IMG/VR virus record: IMGVR_UViG_3300032829_000002
Location: 62,001 to 120,082 of that record
Direction: 5' to 3' (one strand)
Length of the DNA stretch: 58,082 nt
DNA from: an uncultured virus (IMG/VR IMGVR_UViG_3300032829_000002)
Lineage: Duplodnaviria > Heunggongvirae > Uroviricota > Caudoviricetes
Part shown: positions 38,071-44,925 of the stretch, piece after piece
Numbering within the stretch: position 1 is the first letter of the stretch
Layout: every line of letters begins with the position of its first letter
Made by a program: the position numbers and the translations under genes
Notes under the pieces: generated by a model
What the model was told of the DNA's origin: nothing
What the model saw: the letters and a program-made list of their open reading frames with translations, nothing else
Databases searched by the model: none

Positions 38071-38079
38071 TCTTATCTC
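38071..38079 (-). promoter_or_regulatory. GGNATAAGA motif variant
   Basis: GAGATAAGA. Confidence 0.55.
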
Positions 38080-38104
38080 GGAGAATACCTGTATTTTGCA
38101 CGGA

Positions 38105-38138
38105 GCTAAAAAGAAGGAACCCCGTGGGGTTCCTTCTT
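38105..38138 (-). terminator. Intrinsic terminator ending TTTTTAGC
   Basis: AAGAAGGAACCCC/GGGGTTCCTTCTT stem plus U tract. Confidence 0.8.
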
Positions 38139-38147
38139 CCGGTACTG

Positions 38148-38402
38148 CTACTCCGTGTCGATCGGGTCGGCCGCGCCACCGAAGGCGGCGTTGACACCCT
38201 TCTGCACGAGCGTCGCGATGCCGACGATCACGAGACCACCGGCGACGGCGCCTGCTGCGTACGAGAACGCGGTGGAGAACTCGCCGACGTGGGTGCTGAG
38301 CGATTCGCTGAATGTCGACGGCTCGAATGCCTTCGCCTGCTCCGACTTGTTCGTGTCGATGGTCTTGTTCGTGTCGATGGTCTTGTTCGTGTCGATGCTC
38401 AT
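38148..38402 (-). CDS. Small single-TM protein with IDTNKT repeats (cassette gene)
   Basis: AAGGAGGCAACC-ATG; hydrophobic AAGAVAGGLVIVGIATLV. Confidence 0.7.
   Translation of the reverse strand: MSIDTNKTIDTNKTIDTNKSEQAKAFEPSTFSESLSTHVGEFSTAFSYAAGAVAGGLVIVGIATLVQKGVNAAFGGAADPIDTE
38346..38397. repeat. 18-bp tandem repeat, about 3 copies
   Basis: CTTGTTCGTGTCGATGGT x2 plus a 16-bp partial copy. Confidence 0.9.
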
Positions 38403-38443
38403 GGTTGCCTCCTTGGTTGAATGGGTAGGTCTCCCATCAATCT

Positions 38444-38452
38444 TCTTATACC
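38444..38452 (-). promoter_or_regulatory. GGNATAAGA motif
   Basis: GGTATAAGA then leader hairpin and RBS. Confidence 0.65.
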
Positions 38453-38539
38453 GTTTCTTGTTGTTGTTTTTCCGGGGGCTGGGCTCTTTGACCTTCGCGA
38501 CCTCCCCGAACGGGACGCGTAGGACATCCTTCTCGAGGG

Positions 38540-38881
38540 TCATGCGACCCTCTCGAAGTACTTCTTCGGGTTCATGACGGGCTCGCCGCAGTGGCTGCAA
38601 CGAGGCCAGTCCTTGGCGACGCTTGCAAAGCGTGCCTCTGCGCGGAGTCGAGCCTGCGCTCGTTCGTGCTCCGGGAAGGAGCCTTCGTCTTCGCCGCACA
38701 TACCCTCCTCCACAGTGGAGTAGAGCCGGACCGGCGGTCTGTACGGAATCACGGGACCGAGGGCTTTGAGATTGCCCCCGGTCTTACTGGCGCGCCGAGC
38801 GTCAGCGGACGTGTGAACAAGATCGAGGGCTGTGCACGCCAGCTTCACGCCAGCGGCGACCCCCAGGAACATGAAGATCAT
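38540..38881 (-). CDS. Hypothetical protein (hydrophobic N-terminus, C-terminal CxxC)
   Basis: AAGGAGGCACT-ATG. Confidence 0.65.
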   Translation of the reverse strand: MIFMFLGVAAGVKLACTALDLVHTSADARRASKTGGNLKALGPVIPYRPPVRLYSTVEEGMCGEDEGSFPEHERAQARLRAEARFASVAKDWPRCSHCGEPVMNPKKYFERVA

Positions 38882-38897
38882 AGTGCCTCCTTGTTGT

Positions 38898-38906
38898 TCT
38901 TATTCC
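38898..38906 (-). promoter_or_regulatory. GGNATAAGA motif
   Basis: GGAATAAGA. Confidence 0.65.
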
Positions 38907-38929
38907 CTCCTTTCCTCTGGAATCGTCAG

Positions 38930-39940
38930 CTACTGGATGATCGAGAGCACCGTTGGGATGTCGAGCCCATGCTGGGCAGCGACCTCCAGTAGCTTCTTGT
39001 ATCCGCGAGCGTCTCCACTCTGAACCATCTTGATGGCGCGGCTCCAGTCGAGAAGCAGCTCCTTGGCCAGAGCGATCTGCGTATTGCTGCGACTGGCAGT
39101 TCGAAGTTGCTCTTCGAGTCGATCGGCTCGAATCTTTGCATCCTGCATTTCCGAAACTGCCGTGTTGAGTTGCTGCTCGAGAGCGGACACACGGCCCTTC
39201 AGGCGTGTGTTCACTGCCCTCATTGCCGGTGAGGAGTCATTGGGGGAGTCGTTGCTCACCCTTTTGGCGGCCTCGAGCTGCCTCTCGAGGCCATCGGTGT
39301 GCTTGCGAAGGTTGGTGAACCCGACTTCAAGCTCCCCGCGGATGCGCGTCTGCTCCGCGAGGCGCTCTTCGAGCGTCTGGTTCTCTTTCCTCAGCTTCTC
39401 GACGTTCGCTGCGTGATTGAGCAGCGCCGTCTCCCGCTCTTTCAGCGTAGCCTCGAGAGTCGTCTTGGCCTCTTGAAGCTTCTCGGTCTCCATCTCGTAG
39501 AGTTCGAGGGTCTCCTTCAGGTCTTGCAGTGACGGCTCCGGAGGCTCTGGGGCTTCTGGAAGGGGTCGAGGAGTGCTCGGCGGCGCTTGCTGCTTGTTTG
39601 GAACAGGTGTCAGGCGCGGCGGGCGTGGGAAGTGAGAGAGGTACTTTCCCCAGTCCCCCTTGTTTGGAAGGCCGACGAAGTACTTCCCGGTGTGCTTGGC
39701 CAGGTCTTTCGCTGCGTTTCGTTGCCCGGCGCTCATGAGCTCGATCATCGCGACGATGATGTCGGCCCCTTCGACGCTGGTCGACTTCGACTTGTCGAGG
39801 TTGGCGACCTTGACGATGTCGATGCCGTACCTCTCGAACCTCGGCCGGAGACTCTTTTCGAAGAGCTGTCCGGGGAAGTTCGAGAAGACGACAGCACGCA
39901 GGTTGCGTGTGGCACTTGACGGCGGTGTGGTTGTTACCAT
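38930..39940 (-). CDS. DUF2325-like alpha/beta domain plus long coiled coil
   Basis: ADIIVAMIELMSAG....AKDLAK..GKYFV; GGAGG RBS. Confidence 0.6.
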   Translation of the reverse strand: MVTTTPPSSATRNLRAVVFSNFPGQLFEKSLRPRFERYGIDIVKVANLDKSKSTSVEGADIIVAMIELMSAGQRNAAKDLAKHTGKYFVGLPNKGDWGKYLSHFPRPPRLTPVPNKQQAPPSTPRPLPEAPEPPEPSLQDLKETLELYEMETEKLQEAKTTLEATLKERETALLNHAANVEKLRKENQTLEERLAEQTRIRGELEVGFTNLRKHTDGLERQLEAAKRVSNDSPNDSSPAMRAVNTRLKGRVSALEQQLNTAVSEMQDAKIRADRLEEQLRTASRSNTQIALAKELLLDWSRAIKMVQSGDARGYKKLLEVAAQHGLDIPTVLSIIQ

Positions 39941-39951
39941 GTCTTCCTCCC

Positions 39952-40581
39952 TCATGGTGTCGAGCAGAGCGCCCACATGTGCCAAACGAGGTACGGAGAC
40001 GTGTTGGAGCGCACCTGGCACTCCATGCCTGCCTGCTTGGTCGTATCCGTCGGGTTGATCGGGATGCAGACGACCTCGCCGAGGTTGGGTGTGCTCATGT
40101 TGTAGTAGACGCCGCCAGAGATGAGGACGTCCGAGTTGTTGTTGCAGTAGATGTCACCCTTATCGACTTGCTGGTAGTTCGTGTTGGCGTTGTTCTGCCA
40201 GTTCACGACGTAGAGCTTCGACTTGGAGATCGACGTGCCGGCGGGGCCTTGGGGACCCGCAGGGCCTTGAACGCCTTGGACACCTTGAGCTCCCTGGGGA
40301 CCCGCGGGTCCCGCAGGACCTTGCAATCCAGGATCTCCTTGAGGGCCTTGGGGACCGGTGGCGCCGATGGTGCCAGGATCGCCCTTTGGTCCTTGCGGGC
40401 CGGCAGGACCCGCAGGGCCTTGAGGACCCGTGGGTCCTTGCGGGCCAGGATCGCCGGTGCAGAGCGGCGCGCTCGAAGAGCAGGCGGGATCGCCGCTGCC
40501 CTGCTTGTTGTTCGTCGTGGTGTCCGTACCGCACGCGACCAGGAACAGGCTCGCGATGAGAATCGAAATGTAGATGCGCAT
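39952..40581 (-). CDS. Collagen-repeat lipoprotein
   Basis: Signal peptide with LVAC lipobox; 25 uninterrupted Gly-X-Y triplets; Cys-containing C-terminal domain. Confidence 0.8.
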   Translation of the reverse strand: MRIYISILIASLFLVACGTDTTTNNKQGSGDPACSSSAPLCTGDPGPQGPTGPQGPAGPAGPQGPKGDPGTIGATGPQGPQGDPGLQGPAGPAGPQGAQGVQGVQGPAGPQGPAGTSISKSKLYVVNWQNNANTNYQQVDKGDIYCNNNSDVLISGGVYYNMSTPNLGEVVCIPINPTDTTKQAGMECQVRSNTSPYLVWHMWALCSTP

Positions 40582-40601
40582 GGAAAGACCTCCTTCGTTC
40601 T

Positions 40602-40610
40602 TCTTATGCC
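40602..40610 (-). promoter_or_regulatory. GGNATAAGA motif
   Basis: GGCATAAGA. Confidence 0.65.
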
Positions 40611-40663
40611 GCCAACGGCTCCGGAATGTGCGCGCGGGCTAAAGAGAGCTGAACTCTCAGAGT

Positions 40664-40672
40664 TCTTATGCC
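40664..40672 (-). promoter_or_regulatory. GGNATAAGA motif heading an ORF-less unit
   Basis: GGCATAAGA. Confidence 0.6.
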
Positions 40673-40701
40673 CGATTCACCCTGGAAATTGCGCCCTCTG
40701 G

Positions 40702-40729
40702 GCTAAGAAGAAGGGGGTGCCCTTCTTCT
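40702..40729 (-). terminator. Terminator-like hairpin ending TTCTTAGC
   Basis: AGAAGAAGGG/CCCTTCTTCT stem. Confidence 0.6.
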
Positions 40730-40735
40730 ACTCGA

Positions 40736-40921
40736 TCAGCGCAGGAACCCCCGTCCGTCGCCCACCATTGCGAGCAGCCGCGTCTGGGTCTCCCTGCGGC
40801 GCTTCGCTTCTTCTTGTTCCTGTACCAGCAGGCAGAACAAGCGCCAGTCTTCGAAGCCGCTGAGCGGGCCGGCGTTGGTGTCCTCGGGATACAGGTATTT
40901 CTTGATGCAGTTCTTGTCCAT
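40736..40921 (-). CDS. Small hypothetical protein (cassette gene)
   Basis: AAGGAGGCACTACC-ATG. Confidence 0.6.
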   Translation of the reverse strand: MDKNCIKKYLYPEDTNAGPLSGFEDWRLFCLLVQEQEEAKRRRETQTRLLAMVGDGRGFLR

Positions 40922-40940
40922 GGTAGTGCCTCCTTGTTCT

Positions 40941-40949
40941 TCTTATGCC
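40941..40949 (-). promoter_or_regulatory. GGNATAAGA motif
   Basis: GGCATAAGA. Confidence 0.65.
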
Positions 40950-40990
40950 GCCTTCGCGCCCTTTTTTGTGGTTCGTGGTAGCCTTCGGAC

Positions 40991-43900
40991 ATGCCGCTGA
41001 ACTCCGCTGAGATTGCTGCCGCTTCTGGGCAGTTTCAGTCGATGTACGCCTCGAACATGCAGTTCTCGGGCATGGTCGGTGGGATGGGTGGGCCGCCCGT
41101 TCAGGCAGAGCGCGTTACGGGCGGGCTGATGAACGCAGCCGCGAGCGTCGGAGCTCCTTTGGCGAGCCTCGGCATCGGAATGCTCGGGCTCGATCCGATG
41201 AGCCTCGGCCTCAAGGCGGGGATGGGTGCCTACATGGGGGGCGCAGGGCTGATGGGAGCCGGCGTTGCGGGTCTTGGTGTTGCCGCAGGGGTGGCGGTTC
41301 CGATGGCAGTCGCCAGCTACGCGGCGAACCAGATGTGGACGGGCGCGCAGCAGCAGCAGGCGTTCAACCAGCAGATGCGCGGCGCCTTCAACTTCATGAC
41401 GCCGTACGGGCAGGGCTTCTCGACGGGGCAGCTTGGGGGGATCAACCAGCAGCTCTTCAACATGGCGGGGCAGCAGGGGCCTGGTGGGGAGATGCTCGGG
41501 ATTCGAGAGCTCCAAGGGCTCGCGTCGAACATGGGGCGGATGGGAATGGGCGGCGGCGTACGCGACGTCAGCCAGTTCACTCAGCGCTTCCGCGAGATGG
41601 TCGATACACTGAAGGTCGTAGCGAAGGAGATGGGAACCAGCATGCAGGCGGCGCAGGAGTTCGTCGTCGCGATGCGGGGATCGGGCATCTTCAACTCTGG
41701 AGACCAGCGTCGATTGGCCACCGAGATCCGCCAGTTCTCTCAGGCCGGCAACATGGCCACGAGCGAGCTCACCGCGGCGGCGAACATCGGAGCTCAGGTC
41801 TCCCGTGCGATCGGCGGCCGTGGAGCGCAGGGCGCGTTCGCAGGAATCCGCACAGCCGGGATGATCGGAACCGCCATGCAGGCGGGAGTGCTGTCGGAAG
41901 AAGACATCTACAACGCCACGGGGCTCACCGGCGCAGAGGGCCGACAGGCACTCGCGACACGGCAGCTCGAGCAGGCTGGTGGTTTTCTGCGTTCGGGACG
42001 CGGACGGATGTTCTTGGCGTCCGTCGCGGGACAGAATGGGCAGCTCGATCAAGCATCCGTCGAACAGTGGATGTCCGGTGACATGAACATCGGGGCCACG
42101 CGCGGCCGCGCTCGTGGGAACTTGTCCTCCATCGGAAAGGCCGGGTTCCTCCGCAACGAAGGCCGCCTTCGCGGTGCAGCTCTTCAGCAGTTCGGGGGAA
42201 TGCTCCCGACGATGGCGCTGATGCAGTGGGCTTCGAGCAAGGGCATCGACATCGATCAAATGGACGATCGCTCGATGATGTTCGCCTCCCGGCAGCTCGG
42301 AATGGGGATGGACGAGCTCGAGGACGCCGTGAAGATGGCGAAGGATATGCCCCGGCTGCGGGAGCAGCAGCGGTCATCGGCGCGCGCAGACGAGTTCCAG
42401 CGCAGGCAGGCCACCCTCAGCCGAACGCAGGGCATCGAAGGCGTCAAACGACGATTCGAAGAAGCCAGAGACAAGGTGCAGAACAGTCTGCAACGCGCCG
42501 GAGCTCAGTTCTACACCGACCTCTCCTCGATGGTGGAGACGTACATCAACAAGCTGACGGGCGTCGCGGTCGAAGAGTACGACCAGCAGATCATGGACGC
42601 CTACTCGGATGCGATTCGTGGCGCCGGGAGCTCTGGTCTTCAGAAGCAGCTCGGTGGCGGCGCGCGCGCCGGAGTGGGGATCGCAAGCAAGTACGGAACG
42701 GGTACTTCTCCTCTCGCTGGACGGACGTCTGCGCAAGCCGGCGTCAACAACTTCTTCGGACGCAGGGAGGGCGTAGGCCGTGCAGCCGAAATCGGTCTCA
42801 CTGGGTTGTTTAGCTCAGGAGCGTCGAAGCTCGCGTTCGGCGACTCGGACATGGATCGAATGCAGGCTGCTGGATACGGCGGGTTGTTCCGTGGTGTCGG
42901 CGGAGCGGACGATCTCCAAAGACGTACGAACATGGCGCAGGGGGCGTACTACGCAACGCAAGCTGCTCTTCGAGATCCTTCTCTCAAGGACGTGCACGGC
43001 AACGCGAAGCTCGATCAATTGACCCAGGTGCTCGCGCAGCGCGCGAACGCTGGTGACAAGGACGCCGCGGCCGCACTGATGAACATTCGGTCGGCCAATA
43101 CGCCGGAGGAGCGGCAGAAGATCGCTCGACAGATGATGGGAGAGAAGGGTCCGCCGAGTACCCTCTCTTCTTTGAGCGGTGGTTTTGCCACGATGGACGA
43201 GAAGAACTTGGCCTATGGGCAGGCGATGGCGATGCCCGCGGCCAAGAGGGGACGTCCCGAATTTGCAGAGGGACTTCTCGGTATGCTCGGAGCTCGCAAG
43301 ATCGACAAGCAGACCGAAGGGATGTCGGTTGTCGACAAGGTTCTCACGGGACTCACCGGGGGCTACTGGAAGACCGTCACCGATCGACGTGCGGCAGCAG
43401 CCAAGGGCGAGTACTTGAACTCGCAAGAAGGCAAGTCGCTGATCTCCGGCATCTACTCAGGCGACCAGGCGTCTCGAGACAAGATCGAAGACATGTTGCT
43501 GAAAGAAGATCTCCCGCCCGAGCAGCGAGAGGCTTTGAAGCAGATGGCAGCGGCTGCCGACTCCTTCGACCTGTACGAGAAGGCTCAGAAGGAGAAGCGA
43601 GAGCCGACAGAAGAAGAGTGGGCAGCGATCGCCCGCCGACGCGGTATGTCCGTGGACGCCGTGAAGAGCTCTCCGTCGCAGCTCTCAGCCGTCGCCAAGG
43701 GCCAGCAAGAAGAGAAGACGCGTATTCTCGCTCGCGAGATGAGTCGCGGAGCGCAGCAGCAAGCGCGTTCGCTCACGCTCAGCGGGTACGCGACCACGGA
43801 CAAGTCTGGAAAATTGGTCTTGTCGGCGGGCACCGAGGCAGCGATCACTTCGGCACTCGGCAAGGACGCTGGGGGCATCATCAAGGCGATGCAGGGCAAG

Positions 43901-44611
43901 CTTTCGAGCATCGACCGACAATCCATGGTTGGAGAAACCACGGATTCCGAGCTCCTCAAGGAACTCGCGACAGAGCAAGGCTCGTACGAGTCTCAGATTC
44001 GTGGCCTGTCCGTCGCTCAGAAGCGGAAGCTGGCATCCGAACTCGAGAAGCAGGGGCAGTTCGATCAAGCTTCGGAGCTCCGCTCGGATGCAGCAGAGCG
44101 CGCGAAGATCGAGGCGAAGCTCAAGAAGGGCGGAAGCGCCTACGCGATCGGAAGCTCCCTAGGAGTGCAGTTCCGAGGTGGAGACCTGCGGAAGTTCCAG
44201 GAGCTCGCCAAGAAGGACCCGTCCTTGGCAGCGAATCAGTTGCTGGCCAAGAGCGGCGTGAACGTCGGCGATCTCTCCGAAGAGGCGCGCAAGGACATCT
44301 CGAGCATGCTCGCCTCCGGAAACGCAGAGGCTATCCAGGACCTTGCGGCGGGCCGCGGCGCTGCCGGACGCGAGGTGCAAGCAGCTCGACAGAAAGCAGC
44401 CAAAGAGAAGACGGAGGCGTCGCAACGAGAACAAGATCCGTTGCTTGCTAAGATCGAGGAGCACCTCGCGCGAATCGCCGGTACGATGGGCGATCCCGAG
44501 GTCGGTACCGCCATCAAGAGCACCGCTCGTTTCACGCAGCAGGTCGCCAACAACACCGGGAACGATTCGAAAGACACCGAGCAAGGAACGCAGAAAGCGC
44601 CGCAATCATGA
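40991..44611 (+). CDS. Tail tape measure protein
   Basis: 1206 aa Ala/Gly/Gln/Met-rich helical protein with N-terminal hydrophobic stretch; precedes baseplate-like genes. Confidence 0.7.
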   Translation: MPLNSAEIAAASGQFQSMYASNMQFSGMVGGMGGPPVQAERVTGGLMNAAASVGAPLASLGIGMLGLDPMSLGLKAGMGAYMGGAGLMGAGVAGLGVAAGVAVPMAVASYAANQMWTGAQQQQAFNQQMRGAFNFMTPYGQGFSTGQLGGINQQLFNMAGQQGPGGEMLGIRELQGLASNMGRMGMGGGVRDVSQFTQRFREMVDTLKVVAKEMGTSMQAAQEFVVAMRGSGIFNSGDQRRLATEIRQFSQAGNMATSELTAAANIGAQVSRAIGGRGAQGAFAGIRTAGMIGTAMQAGVLSEEDIYNATGLTGAEGRQALATRQLEQAGGFLRSGRGRMFLASVAGQNGQLDQASVEQWMSGDMNIGATRGRARGNLSSIGKAGFLRNEGRLRGAALQQFGGMLPTMALMQWASSKGIDIDQMDDRSMMFASRQLGMGMDELEDAVKMAKDMPRLREQQRSSARADEFQRRQATLSRTQGIEGVKRRFEEARDKVQNSLQRAGAQFYTDLSSMVETYINKLTGVAVEEYDQQIMDAYSDAIRGAGSSGLQKQLGGGARAGVGIASKYGTGTSPLAGRTSAQAGVNNFFGRREGVGRAAEIGLTGLFSSGASKLAFGDSDMDRMQAAGYGGLFRGVGGADDLQRRTNMAQGAYYATQAALRDPSLKDVHGNAKLDQLTQVLAQRANAGDKDAAAALMNIRSANTPEERQKIARQMMGEKGPPSTLSSLSGGFATMDEKNLAYGQAMAMPAAKRGRPEFAEGLLGMLGARKIDKQTEGMSVVDKVLTGLTGGYWKTVTDRRAAAAKGEYLNSQEGKSLISGIYSGDQASRDKIEDMLLKEDLPPEQREALKQMAAAADSFDLYEKAQKEKREPTEEEWAAIARRRGMSVDAVKSSPSQLSAVAKGQQEEKTRILAREMSRGAQQQARSLTLSGYATTDKSGKLVLSAGTEAAITSALGKDAGGIIKAMQGKLSSIDRQSMVGETTDSELLKELATEQGSYESQIRGLSVAQKRKLASELEKQGQFDQASELRSDAAERAKIEAKLKKGGSAYAIGSSLGVQFRGGDLRKFQELAKKDPSLAANQLLAKSGVNVGDLSEEARKDISSMLASGNAEAIQDLAAGRGAAGREVQAARQKAAKEKTEASQREQDPLLAKIEEHLARIAGTMGDPEVGTAIKSTARFTQQVANNTGNDSKDTEQGTQKAPQS

Positions 44612-44916
44612 CCATTCCGGCCTCCTTCGATCCCTTCGCCTTGATCTCGACGCAGGTCATGCAGACCAAGCTGCCGACGAGCATCTTCGTGCAGCCTCCG
44701 GGGTGCGGGCCTGGACGAAACGAGACGCCGGTCACCATCAAGATGAACGGCAAGCTCTACACGTTCACGTACCGTGACAAGATCGTGCCCGAGGACCCGT
44801 TCCTTCTGGCTGTCAAAGCGGCTGCCTTCTCCATCAAGCGCGTGGAGGAGTATCGTGGAGTGCCTCCGCCCCGCTCGGTGCGCGACTTCCTCATCAAGAC
44901 CAACCTCGCCGTCTGA
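44608..44916 (+). CDS. Hypothetical protein
   Basis: ATGA coupling. Confidence 0.6.
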   Translation: MTIPASFDPFALISTQVMQTKLPTSIFVQPPGCGPGRNETPVTIKMNGKLYTFTYRDKIVPEDPFLLAVKAAAFSIKRVEEYRGVPPPRSVRDFLIKTNLAV

Positions 44917-44925
44917 GGACAAGCC

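Noticed and set aside
38346..38397. Tandem repeat as a CRISPR array
   Set aside because: No spacers; it is an in-frame 18-bp coding repeat. No CRISPR array or cas gene was seen in the window
36869..40949. Cassette array as an integron
   Set aside because: No RYYYAAC/GTTRRRY attC pattern and no integrase in the window; cassettes carry their own promoter-like motifs
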